Part shown: positions 48,780 to 58,076 of the stretch, in pieces | Position numbering within the stretch: position 1 is the first letter of the stretch | Layout: each line of letters starts with the position of its first letter | Assembly (NCBI GenBank): GCA_965209085.1 | Contig: OZ242376.1 | Location: 320,001 to 384,000, forward strand | DNA from: Nitrosopumilaceae archaeon | GTDB taxonomy: Archaea > Thermoproteota > Nitrososphaeria > Nitrososphaerales > Nitrosopumilaceae | Direction of reading: 5' to 3' | DNA: 64,000 nt | Translations under genes and position numbers: made by a program | Notes under the pieces: model-generated | Told to the model about the DNA's origin: nothing | Database searches by the model: none | The model's input: the letters and a program-made list of their open reading frames with translations, nothing else

Positions 48780-49328
48780 ATGGATGATGAACGCGAAGAG
48801 CCGGCCGTTGCGGCCGTTCTACGGGGAACTGCGGCAGTGATACATGAAAAATCCGCGCAGGATGCACTGCATTCTCGGGGATACGGGGAGGAGGATGGAA
48901 ATAGGTACATTCTTCGTCCATTTGAATCGCTGTACCTGCTGTACAAGAAAAGCCTGATACTGAAAAAAGCCGGCAAACCTGTGGAATTTGACTCGCTGTT
49001 GCGCACATGCATGTCCGAAGACGGGAACGCGTTTACCGACTATCTGATATACCGTGACTTGCGTACACGCGGATACACGGTGCGAAAAGGATTTGGATTT
49101 GGTTCTGACTTTTTGGTATATGAGCGGGGGGATTACGGACAAAAAGGGGCAAAATATTCTGTCTTTGGATTCAGCGAAGGAAGACGGGAAAAAATTTCGG
49201 CAATGCAAAAGAAAATTCGTACAATGTCTCAGATGGGAAAAGAGCCCATCATTGCGGTAATAGAGCGGCGCGGGGAAATCATATATTATAAAGTTTCAAC
49301 GTCAGTCTTTGCACAAAATTCCAAATAA
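48780..49328 (+). CDS. endA: tRNA-splicing endonuclease subunit, probably the structural (non-catalytic) one
   Basis: ESLYL, YRDLRTRGY, GFGFGSDFLVY, IIYY; no catalytic His visible after the DFxVY strand. Confidence 0.85.
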   Translation: MDDEREEPAVAAVLRGTAAVIHEKSAQDALHSRGYGEEDGNRYILRPFESLYLLYKKSLILKKAGKPVEFDSLLRTCMSEDGNAFTDYLIYRDLRTRGYTVRKGFGFGSDFLVYERGDYGQKGAKYSVFGFSEGRREKISAMQKKIRTMSQMGKEPIIAVIERRGEIIYYKVSTSVFAQNSK

Positions 49329-49997
49329 TCATCCAAGATCAATTGCCCATTCGGCAGAATATTTGAGAATATTTTCCCTCTCAGCTTTTACATAATCGTA
49401 CATTTCAAGATTTTTTGTTTTGTTGTCCCAGAGGTTTTCAAAATCGGCAACCTTTGTTTTTGTCCTGCTTGATTCGTTCCACGAGGTGAAAACGTCCACC
49501 GACTCAAAGTCCTGATCCTGCATGTCAAAGGTGTGTGAAGAGGTGCCGGTAAACGTCACCACGTCGCCTAACTTGTCCGTGAATATTCCGATGCGCTCGG
49601 TAAATAATCCTGAAATTTCCTCGTCATTTGGAACTGCAACCTTTACGGCCAGGTGGTTTCCGCGTACGGCCTGCTGCAGTCTGTTAATCTTTGTGTCGCG
49701 TATAAAATCTCCGACAACCTTTGTACCGCTCCCTGAAAATATCTTATTCATCAGGGCAATGTCGGCAGCACCAAATCTGTGCCCTGAAACTATGCGGACT
49801 CTGGTATCAGGATCCTCGCCCATTGCCAAAATTATGGTCGTAAGACTCTTGGCGGATATGCGCTCCACACACCTGCTGTATTCTATACAGTTGGCAAGAC
49901 ACGGGACAAAAAATTCCGATATAATGTCGTCACGGTCTGATCTGTAAATTTCCTTTAGAGGCAAGCTGCGCAGACCCATCGCATAATCAAAGTGCAC
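49329..49997 (-). CDS. Stand-alone degenerate PLD-like domain
   Basis: YRSDRDDIISEFFVPCL, GLFTERIGIFTD, FTGTS, FESVDVFTSW, FENLW resemble the N-terminal PLD domain of restriction-type SF2 helicases. Confidence 0.7.
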   Translation of the reverse strand: MHFDYAMGLRSLPLKEIYRSDRDDIISEFFVPCLANCIEYSRCVERISAKSLTTIILAMGEDPDTRVRIVSGHRFGAADIALMNKIFSGSGTKVVGDFIRDTKINRLQQAVRGNHLAVKVAVPNDEEISGLFTERIGIFTDKLGDVVTFTGTSSHTFDMQDQDFESVDVFTSWNESSRTKTKVADFENLWDNKTKNLEMYDYVKAERENILKYSAEWAIDLG

Positions 49998-50091
49998 TCG
50001 TATAATAAAATGTTGCAGATACGGGCATTTTGAATTACCGTAAGAGGTTTTTTTATATCGGTATATATTACTAAATATACATCATACGTGT

Positions 50092-50895
50092 ATGTCAACC
50101 ACATTGAAGGTCATAGTTATCGTGGCTGCGGTTGCCGCACTCTCGGTGGTGGCAGTTTACTCGCTGGATGTCTGGGAATGGGAAAAATTTGCGCAAAATA
50201 ACGAGATTTCAGTCAAACACGCCAAAGATAAAAACGTCTATGCGGCGGAGACGGACAGTGAAAAACCTGGAACAATCTCGGTTACGGGAACTGCCACAGC
50301 CTCGGTGGATCCTGATATTTTCACCGTCAGGCTTGGTGTGCAGACACAGGATAAAAATGCCAGCAAAGCACTCTCGCTAAACTCGCAGACAATGAAAAAT
50401 GTGATCGCCGGCATAATGAATGCTGGAGTTGAGAGAGATGAGATATCTACATCGTCCCTGAACATCCATCCAGTATACGGGGATTATGATCGGGATACAA
50501 ACACCTCGCCGATAGTCGGTTTTAGGGCCGAAAACATCGTATCGGTTAAAACAACAAAACTTGATTCTGCTGCATCAATCATTGACGGCGCATCAGAGGC
50601 TGGAGCAAACCGCATCGAAGGACTGTACTTTACACTCTCTGCGGAGCTGCGTAAAGAGACGGAAAATTCGCTTTTACAGGATGCGGTCCGAGATGCCAAA
50701 AAACATGCAAACGATGCCCTAGAACCGCTGGACAAATCCGTATCAGACGTAAAGACTGTAAATCTCTCACCCGTACGTTACGGCGGATACGACGTACAGT
50801 ATTCGGCAAAAGCGGAATCATTTTCATTGGCACCGATATTTTCATCATCTGAGGATGTAACGGTAAGCGTTCACGTGATATTTACAATTCAATAG
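50092..50895 (+). CDS. SIMPL/DUF541 domain protein
   Basis: TISVTGTATASVDPD, ISTSSLNIHPVY, IIDGASEAGAN; N-terminal TM. Confidence 0.9.
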   Translation: MSTTLKVIVIVAAVAALSVVAVYSLDVWEWEKFAQNNEISVKHAKDKNVYAAETDSEKPGTISVTGTATASVDPDIFTVRLGVQTQDKNASKALSLNSQTMKNVIAGIMNAGVERDEISTSSLNIHPVYGDYDRDTNTSPIVGFRAENIVSVKTTKLDSAASIIDGASEAGANRIEGLYFTLSAELRKETENSLLQDAVRDAKKHANDALEPLDKSVSDVKTVNLSPVRYGGYDVQYSAKAESFSLAPIFSSSEDVTVSVHVIFTIQ

Positions 50896-50971
50896 TGCTC
50901 CCGCCGGGATTTGAACCCGGGATCACTGCCTTGAGAGGGCAGTATGCTTAGCCGGACTACACCACAGGAGC
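50896..50971 (-). tRNA. tRNA-Glu(CTC)
   Basis: GCTCCTG/CGGGAGC acceptor, CTGCC-CTCTCAA-GGCAG, CCGGG-TTCAAAT-CCCGG. Confidence 0.95.
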
Positions 50972-51005
50972 CTCTAGTGTAATAAACGAATGTAGCAATT
51001 TAAAT

Positions 51006-51566
51006 CTAGTTTGAAAATTTTCTAATGCCACGTTTGCGCATCTTTTTTGATTCTTCCACCACTGCGTCATGACGGCTGTTTTTAAATTTTACAAGCTTTG
51101 CGGCAATGTCGGAAAATTCATTCGCAAGTATCTTTGCAGCGTATATTCCTGCGTTTTCAGCTTTGTTTATGCCGACACACGCAACAGGGGATCCGGTGGG
51201 CATTTCGGATATGGATACCAAAGAGTCAAGGCCGCCAAACGCGGAGAACTTGTGTTTCTCTCCCTGTTTGTCATTGTACACCATTATTGGAACGCCAATT
51301 ACCGGCATGTTCGCATATGATGCAATCATTCCGGGAAGGTGTGCTGCCCCTCCAGCTCCTGCTATTATTACGCGAAATTTTGATTTTTTTGCATGCTTTG
51401 CATACTCTTCAAGTCTTGTGGGCGTTCTGTGCGCGGAAACTATCTGATCCTCATGCTTTATGCCAAACTTGTCCAAAACTTCGGCAACCTTTACCATTAT
51501 TCTAGCATCGGAACTAGAACCCATGACAATTCCGACAAGCGGGGATTTTTTATAGCTCATTTTCAT
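51006..51566 (-). CDS. purE: N5-CAIR mutase
   Basis: MGSSSD, SAHRTP, AGAGGAAHLPGM, GLDSL, MPTGSPVA. Confidence 0.96.
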   Translation of the reverse strand: MKMSYKKSPLVGIVMGSSSDARIMVKVAEVLDKFGIKHEDQIVSAHRTPTRLEEYAKHAKKSKFRVIIAGAGGAAHLPGMIASYANMPVIGVPIMVYNDKQGEKHKFSAFGGLDSLVSISEMPTGSPVACVGINKAENAGIYAAKILANEFSDIAAKLVKFKNSRHDAVVEESKKMRKRGIRKFSN

Positions 51567-51620
51567 TTAAAACAAGAACGTGGGTATTTTTATCTATTGC
51601 CGTTTTACACCTAAATACTC

Positions 51621-51872
51621 ATGAGTGGGAAACCCCGTATGCCAGAATGGACGGGAAGACCGGTAGTAATGAACATCAAAGCGGGGGATAGTATAGCGTA
51701 CTGTATGTGCGGACTCTCAAAGAACGGTCCAGTATGTGACGGCACCCACAAGGGTACTTCAATAAAGCCCCAGGTGGAAAAATATGACGCTGATGCGCGC
51801 ATATCCTCATGCGGATGCAAACGATCCAAAGCAGTACCGATGTGCGATGGCACGCACAAAGAACCCGAATAA
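51621..51872 (+). CDS. Double CDGSH iron-sulfur domain protein
   Basis: CMCGLSKNGPVCDGTH and CGCKRSKAVPMCDGTH. Confidence 0.92.
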   Translation: MSGKPRMPEWTGRPVVMNIKAGDSIAYCMCGLSKNGPVCDGTHKGTSIKPQVEKYDADARISSCGCKRSKAVPMCDGTHKEPE

Positions 51873-51933
51873 GTCTGCGTACGGTTTGTTAAATTATGCA
51901 GGTTTAAGAAATGCCACAGATACTGTGGATGTG

Positions 51934-52812
51934 ATGGATTTTCAAAAGATACTAAACGAATACACTTTGGAGGATTTTCCTGCAGGCCTGACCGGATGCA
52001 GAAGTGACGGCACATCGCACGAATGCTGCGAATATGATCTTACTGTATTTGATGAACGCAATGAGCTTGATACTGTGGCAGAATACGGGGATTCACTAGT
52101 ATGCATAAGACACCGTTCACTTTCATCGCCGCGTTCTCCGGACATGGTAAGATATGATGATATGAAAATAATTTCCGATGCATCGTGGGATCTGCACATG
52201 TTACTTGCGCGCATACGTGAAAAACGAACCGAACTGTATGCCGATTACATGAGGGATTCACTTATCGATTCGATGTTTTGCACCACAAAATTTCGAGAAG
52301 GGTTGAAAATGTCGGATCCATTTGCAATCTGCTGGATAAAATGTGCCGCGTTGTACCTGGCTGATGCCGCACTTTTATCATGCATGGAAAGACCGTCTCC
52401 AACACACGCACTGCATAAACTTCGCATGGTGCAAAAAAAGATCTCCGGTAACGCGTTTTCACTGGTAAACGAATGCATGGGAGCTGAACGCGCCACACCT
52501 TCGCTGCTTGAACGCATGGCAAAATCCACCGCGGGATTTTCCGATACGGTGGAAGGAAACGATCATTCAAAAATAATACTGCACAAAACCAAATATCTTT
52601 TGTCCGAATCGCTTTTGGCAGACTGTTATTTCTATCTCCAGTATGAAAACAGGAACATGCTGATAAAAATAAAAAACCAACTCCGAAAGAAACCCGATCT
52701 GATTTACATATTAAAAGTGTCAATGGATGTGGGGGTGGATACGGGCATGCTGGAAAATTACGCCCACAGGCTGTACGGGGAGGCAAGCCGTATACTTGCT
52801 GAACGTACGTAA
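51934..52812 (+). CDS. Hypothetical protein, possible Pol-beta nucleotidyltransferase-like fold
   Basis: GLTGCRSDG..CCEYDLTVF followed by a helical domain. Confidence 0.7.
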   Translation: MDFQKILNEYTLEDFPAGLTGCRSDGTSHECCEYDLTVFDERNELDTVAEYGDSLVCIRHRSLSSPRSPDMVRYDDMKIISDASWDLHMLLARIREKRTELYADYMRDSLIDSMFCTTKFREGLKMSDPFAICWIKCAALYLADAALLSCMERPSPTHALHKLRMVQKKISGNAFSLVNECMGAERATPSLLERMAKSTAGFSDTVEGNDHSKIILHKTKYLLSESLLADCYFYLQYENRNMLIKIKNQLRKKPDLIYILKVSMDVGVDTGMLENYAHRLYGEASRILAERT

Positions 52813-52885
52813 AATGATACGAATATGTGAAAACACCTGTGTGGTTTTTCTAAACCTTTAAACTAAACTCTTTGAAAATGTCACC

Positions 52886-53026
52886 ATGTCAGATGCATCA
52901 TGCGGTTGCGACGCCTCCAACGAGACCGGTAACATATGTGATTGCGACATACAGGGGCAATGTTTTTGCGATGCAACATGCGAGTGCAGATCCAACCTTT
53001 GTAAAGACGCAACAAAAGACATGTAA
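52886..53026 (+). CDS. Metallothionein-like Cys-rich micro-protein (not in ORF track)
   Basis: MSDASCGCDASNETGNICDCDIQGQCFCDATCECRSNLCKDATKDM; TTTAAA at 52857-52862. Confidence 0.85.
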   Translation: MSDASCGCDASNETGNICDCDIQGQCFCDATCECRSNLCKDATKDM

Positions 53027-53130
53027 AATGTCCATTATGCACTATTTTTTAGATACTTTTACTATGCGTGATCATTTTTTTGATAAATATACCGTAATGT
53101 ATTAAAGCAAATTTGGCATGTGGTAATTAT

Positions 53131-53919
53131 ATGAAGTACGTTTTACTTGCATTTACAATTCTAACCGTTTTTGGAGCCATACAACATGTTGCTGCACTGG
53201 ATACAGGCACTGCGGCCGAAAACGATTGTCCAAGAGACTATGATTATGTGCAAATCCAAAAAAATTCTTCGCTCTCATCATACCTAATCGATGTGACATA
53301 CGGTCCGCCTGAGATTAAACTTGGATGTGACATTGAATGGATCATAAATTTTTTAAACCCGCGCAACCAATCTGAATTTTTAGAAAACGTCCAGTATGAC
53401 ATTATTTTGGATGCATCCGTGAATAATAACGATCCGCACATTATCCAATCACTTGCATCAGACGAAGGAGGTCGGTTCCTATATTCGTCATCAGGACAGG
53501 CTGAAAAATTTATGACGGTAAACCATTCCATCAATCCGACAAAATATGTGATTCTAGTGTACGGTCTCTCACCTTTGGATGTAAAACCGTCTGGATTCTT
53601 TGAAACTTTGGAGATAAACGTACCATTTAACGAACCTACCGTACCGGTAAAGTTCGTACCGGAATGGATAAAAAAATCCGCCTCGTTTTGGATTCAGGGT
53701 CATACCGGCGACATTGAATTTGTCTCCGCAATGCAGTATCTGGTAAACGAGGGCATCATAGTACTGCCTCCTACAGAAAGCGGCTCTGACACGGACGGAG
53801 GTATCCCAGGCTGGATCAAAAATACGGTGGGATTTTGGGTGGACGGACATACAACTGATGCAAAATTCACAAGTGCCATACAATACCTTGTAAAACAGGG
53901 CATCATTGTTCTCTCATAG
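53131..53919 (+). CDS. Secreted protein with thaumarchaeal tandem C-terminal IPxWIK modules; short paralogue of next gene
   Basis: Signal peptide; VPEWIKKSASFW and IPGWIKNTVGFW..AIQYLVKQGII. Confidence 0.85.
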   Translation: MKYVLLAFTILTVFGAIQHVAALDTGTAAENDCPRDYDYVQIQKNSSLSSYLIDVTYGPPEIKLGCDIEWIINFLNPRNQSEFLENVQYDIILDASVNNNDPHIIQSLASDEGGRFLYSSSGQAEKFMTVNHSINPTKYVILVYGLSPLDVKPSGFFETLEINVPFNEPTVPVKFVPEWIKKSASFWIQGHTGDIEFVSAMQYLVNEGIIVLPPTESGSDTDGGIPGWIKNTVGFWVDGHTTDAKFTSAIQYLVKQGIIVLS

Positions 53920-54053
53920 ATGCAAACTCTGGTCAGATATTGCCAAAATCGTTCATAACGGGATAAAACACATGTTACGTTTAGTGCCTAACATGTAAAA
54001 ATTTTTGAAAAATCTGGCATAAAATATTATAATGGGTGCGAATAAACAACATT

Positions 54054-55487
54054 ATGAAATACATATCTGCTGCATTTGTAATTTTATTTGTAATCGGTGC
54101 AGCACAGCATGCTGCAGCGCAGGATATCGGAGGCGGCGTGGACAAGAAAGGAACCTGGTACGTGGGCGAAGGTCTCAAAATAGGAGAAAGATTTGAATAT
54201 TCTGTGTGCCATGTGGCGTATAAAGAGTGCACGCCTTTGGTAATGGATTTTTGGATCAAAGGTAATATTGTAGAAGGCACTGAAACCAAATGGCTGGTCG
54301 AGACTGTCGTATATGATGGAAAAAAAATAATCAAAGGCCAGATGCATCTTGGCAAAGTGGCTCCGGAACCTACGGGAGGCTCACTTGAATTGCGTTCGTA
54401 CGCAAGCGTATTCAAATCTTCGATTGTATGGCTTTCTGCATTTGCAACCTCTTATGGCGGCGAAGGAGGGGAAGGTCCAAAAGAATTCAAGGCCGTCTCG
54501 TGGGGCAAAATAGGCAACATTGGAGGTCAGCAGGTAAAACCAACCCAGATAGAAACTGTAAGCACAAGAGAGGGCATAATATATGATGCGGTGCAGGTAT
54601 CGTGGCGTACCGGAGGCTCGACTAGCAAGATTTGGATTGTAGATGAATTCCCGTTCCCGGTTAAAGCTAGTACGTGGGTACACGTAGCGGAAGGCATTCC
54701 GCCGCAAGAATACAAATTTGAACTGTTAAATTATGAAGATGGAGTAACGGAGGATCCGTATGCTGACATAGTACCGACCGCTCTAAAAATCAAGCCAATA
54801 AACTGCCCAACAGATTATGATTATGTCAAAGTCAAAAAAACATCATCTGGGAATTCTTATCTGATAGATCTCAAATACGGTCCGCCGGAGATTAAATTTG
54901 GATGCGACATTGAATGGATTATAAACTTCCGCAGTCCGTACGATGAATCTGACTTTGTGTATCAGGTTCAATACGATATTTTTGTGGAAGATCCAAACAA
55001 TGCAGAGATTGTCCAATCGCTTGCAAAAGATGAAGGTAGCCAGTTCCTGTATTCGGCGTCGGGGCAGATTAGAAGACACATGGAAACTGACACTTTTTTT
55101 AATCCTACAAAATACATCGTCATAGTGTACGGGCTGGCGGCAAAGGATGAGGTACCAAAAGAATTACCTGAAACTCTGGAGATAAACGTACCATTTAACG
55201 AACCTACCGTGCCAGTAAAATTCGTACCGAAATGGATAAAAAAATCCGCCTCGTTTTGGATTCAGGGTAATACTAGCGACATTGAATTTGTCTCCGCAAT
55301 GCAGTATCTGGTAAACGAGGGCATCATAGTTTTGCCACAGACTGAAAAAACCCAGGATTCTGGAGGAAATATTCTAAATTGGATAAAACAGACAGTGAGA
55401 TTCTGGGTGGATGGCCATACAACTGATGCAGAATTCACAAATGCCATACAATACCTTGTAAAACAGGGCATAATCGTCCTCTCCTAG
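54054..55487 (+). CDS. Secreted protein with thaumarchaeal tandem C-terminal IPxWIK modules
   Basis: Signal peptide; WYVGEGLK, WGKIGNIGG, IWIVDEFPFP; same C-terminal modules as previous gene. Confidence 0.88.
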   Translation: MKYISAAFVILFVIGAAQHAAAQDIGGGVDKKGTWYVGEGLKIGERFEYSVCHVAYKECTPLVMDFWIKGNIVEGTETKWLVETVVYDGKKIIKGQMHLGKVAPEPTGGSLELRSYASVFKSSIVWLSAFATSYGGEGGEGPKEFKAVSWGKIGNIGGQQVKPTQIETVSTREGIIYDAVQVSWRTGGSTSKIWIVDEFPFPVKASTWVHVAEGIPPQEYKFELLNYEDGVTEDPYADIVPTALKIKPINCPTDYDYVKVKKTSSGNSYLIDLKYGPPEIKFGCDIEWIINFRSPYDESDFVYQVQYDIFVEDPNNAEIVQSLAKDEGSQFLYSASGQIRRHMETDTFFNPTKYIVIVYGLAAKDEVPKELPETLEINVPFNEPTVPVKFVPKWIKKSASFWIQGNTSDIEFVSAMQYLVNEGIIVLPQTEKTQDSGGNILNWIKQTVRFWVDGHTTDAEFTNAIQYLVKQGIIVLS

Positions 55488-55532
55488 GCGTATCGGGGTA
55501 GACTTAAACCGTACACGTGATCAAAACTGCTC

Positions 55533-55886
55533 ATGACAGGATTTTTTTCAAAACCAAAGCGCACGCTGCGTAAAATGGCAAAAAACGGCGATTACAAGGA
55601 GGCACTTGAATACGGGCGCAGCATTGCCGCACAGTACGAAAAGGATCATGATTATCTGTTCATAATGGGCGGCATACACTATATTTTGGATGATGCAAAA
55701 AACGTCTTTTACTATATGGACAGGGTTCTTGAAATAAATCCGTATGATACTGATGCTTTGCATCTAAAGGCCAGCGTATACGCTGCATCGGACGATAAAA
55801 AAAAGACGACCGAATACTGTGGAAAAATTCTGGACATTGATTCTGAACACCAGGGTGCAAGGGAACTGTTAGACCGTTTGAGGTAA
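55533..55886 (+). CDS. TPR protein
   Basis: TPR-like helices, DRVLEINPYDTDALHLKA. Confidence 0.8.
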   Translation: MTGFFSKPKRTLRKMAKNGDYKEALEYGRSIAAQYEKDHDYLFIMGGIHYILDDAKNVFYYMDRVLEINPYDTDALHLKASVYAASDDKKKTTEYCGKILDIDSEHQGARELLDRLR

Positions 55887-56348
55887 AAGATAGACATTCT
55901 TCATGAGCCAATCGCAGTATTCTGTGACCTGCGGGGTAAATTCACACCATATGTGCAGCGAGTGGGGGAGAATATCTATGCGGCCTCCCTCATGAAACAC
56001 TTTTGCACCTTCCTTTCCCTCGTACATGTACGCATCCTGTGTTTTAGATCCGGGTATTTTTTCATGCGCTGTGGTTTTTATAATTCCGCGTTCTATGGGG
56101 AACCTGGTTTTACTCTGATCCATAATTATGCTGATATCGCGTTTGCCGTACATGTCAAATTCTTCTATGCGGCTCTGACCTGGAAAATTTACGATGATTT
56201 TTACGCCGTATTTTCCCCCCACCTCGCCCCCAAGTTTGGTAATCAGCGTATACGCCATGGCAGGATTCTTTTTTAACATGACCCTGATCTGTGGCATGTT
56301 GGATTGAAGATGTGTCTGCAGTGCTCTGGTAATTTCCGTAAAGAACAT
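55869..56348 (-). CDS. Hypothetical protein
   Basis: ORF from MFFTEITRALQ, convergent with TPR gene. Confidence 0.7.
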   Translation of the reverse strand: MFFTEITRALQTHLQSNMPQIRVMLKKNPAMAYTLITKLGGEVGGKYGVKIIVNFPGQSRIEEFDMYGKRDISIIMDQSKTRFPIERGIIKTTAHEKIPGSKTQDAYMYEGKEGAKVFHEGGRIDILPHSLHIWCEFTPQVTEYCDWLMKNVYLLPQTV

Positions 56349-56430
56349 TATACAAATGACCTTGAATGGCGCAGTATATTTGTAAAGCGTCATGATCGGG
56401 TTTTTAACACAACATGGCGGCAAAACTTTG

Positions 56431-57069
56431 ATGGCGATGCCTATGCAAGGTTCCGACGCATACGATGAATCCGAGCGTACGACCAACGTGGACAGCTACC
56501 GTATAACGTGCACATCTTTCATCGAGGACATATCCAAGGACTATCTTGAATGGGTTGACAGGTACGAGCTCCCAAAAGAAGAGGATGCCCGACGCCGCAC
56601 CGAGATTGCCGCCACGATTGAAAAAACAAACCACTGGATTTCCAAAATTGCCCAGTCGATACGCGCAATAGACGTGGTAATGAACGATGGAATTCAAAAA
56701 ATGGCCGAAGCTACGGCGGGAAGGCCATTTGAAATTGGGGTTTTTGTAAACGGTGCCGCCGGATATACTGTGGCAAATCCGGGCAGCCTAAAGGTGCTTG
56801 TAAAAGCCTCGGGTAGGGAGGGCAGGCAAACAAAACTTGGATTCTACTTTAAGGATATGAGGTTTCGTGTGGAATCCACCGCGCATGCCACACTTGCGGT
56901 ACAGCAGGAGTGCGAGTCCGAATACGACCTGATGCAACTACATCTGACACTTGATGCCAGCCTGTGCAAGCCGCGCGATATTGTTTCATTTACGGTGACA
57001 GTCTCGGAGATAAAAGACGGCCAGGAATCGGACAGACGCGGACTTAGCACTATTGTACATTTAGTCTGA
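56431..57069 (+). CDS. Hypothetical protein
   Basis: About 210-aa ORF; start uncertain. Confidence 0.7.
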   Translation: MAMPMQGSDAYDESERTTNVDSYRITCTSFIEDISKDYLEWVDRYELPKEEDARRRTEIAATIEKTNHWISKIAQSIRAIDVVMNDGIQKMAEATAGRPFEIGVFVNGAAGYTVANPGSLKVLVKASGREGRQTKLGFYFKDMRFRVESTAHATLAVQQECESEYDLMQLHLTLDASLCKPRDIVSFTVTVSEIKDGQESDRRGLSTIVHLV

Positions 57070-57367
57070 CGCGTATTGCAACCCTGCGTTCTGCGGCGCG
57101 CGCATCATCTGAATATTTTATTCTGCATACGCGGCGTACAATCTCCTCGTCTTCTACAGGCTCTGCCGTACCCGGAAGAGTCTTACCTTCGATGGTTACA
57201 GTTACCGCGCCGTTTGCCACGCAGTTTTTGTACCAGTCGCTGTCCGGCTTGTGCCGGGTAAGATACACGTCGCCGCCGTACATTACCGCCAATAGTTCTT
57301 TTTTATGTTCCCTGCCGGTTATTCTGCCGTGCGCTGTAAGCACCGTATGAAAGCGGCTATTACTCAT
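57050..57367 (-). CDS. F420/deazaflavin-dependent nitroreductase family (DUF385-like)
   Basis: LTAHGRITGREH, SDWYKNCVAN..VTV. Confidence 0.8.
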   Translation of the reverse strand: MSNSRFHTVLTAHGRITGREHKKELLAVMYGGDVYLTRHKPDSDWYKNCVANGAVTVTIEGKTLPGTAEPVEDEEIVRRVCRIKYSDDARAAERRVAIRVRLNVQ

Positions 57368-57454
57368 GTGTGATATTATAATGTCAAGTAATTTAACCCC
57401 GCTGTCTGATTTATCTGATTTTTATGCTGATATGCTCATATCAAAACATACGGT

Positions 57455-57907
57455 ATGTCAAATATGATGGATGGAATGCGCGAATGTGCGGCAACAGCTG
57501 ATACGTTTACCGGCAAAAAAGTAGTGGACAAAGAAGGCATTGAATATGGAACTGTAAAACACGTCTTTGTGGGTCAGGACAGCCTAGAGGTTACAGGTGT
57601 GGCGATAAACTATGGATTCCGCAAGGAATACTATCTGCCAAAGGCGTTTATAGCTAAATTTACGGAAAAAACACTCCAGCTCTCAAAATCCCCCGTCCGC
57701 AAGGGCGTCAAAGTGGTGGATATTGACGGCAAAAAACTGGGCAAGGTGGGAAACATACACCGCGATGCAAAGACTGGAAATTTGGAATCAATTACGGTCT
57801 CATCCGGACCGCTTTCAAACAAAGTGATCGGCAAAAATTCGATATGGGGCGTGGGCAAAAATGTTTCCCTGAGTCTCACGCGTGAAGAATTTAAAAAACT
57901 GGACTAG
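57455..57907 (+). CDS. Tandem PRC-barrel protein
   Basis: GKKVVDKEGIEYGTV and GVKVVDIDGKKLGKV. Confidence 0.88.
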   Translation: MSNMMDGMRECAATADTFTGKKVVDKEGIEYGTVKHVFVGQDSLEVTGVAINYGFRKEYYLPKAFIAKFTEKTLQLSKSPVRKGVKVVDIDGKKLGKVGNIHRDAKTGNLESITVSSGPLSNKVIGKNSIWGVGKNVSLSLTREEFKKLD

Positions 57908-58005
57908 TTTTTATTTTTCTCAAAGCATTCCTTGCATGTGGGAAGTCCGTCCATTATGACGGTCTCAAGATTGGATCTGTTGCAGATGTGGCATAAGCCT
58001 TTCAT
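57904..58005 (-). CDS. 33-aa zinc-finger micro-protein (not in ORF track)
   Basis: MKGLCHICNRSNLETVIMDGLPTCKECFEKNKN. Confidence 0.75.
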   Translation of the reverse strand: MKGLCHICNRSNLETVIMDGLPTCKECFEKNKN

Positions 58006-58076
58006 AAACGGTTTAAAATCATAGAGTATTTTATCCGTTTCCCGTCATTTATAATCGGAATAAACGTGGCAATCGT

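Noticed and set aside
52872-53105. 77-aa track ORF
   Set aside because: No motif; the overlapping frame 52886-53026 has ordered CxC pairs and correct TATA spacing
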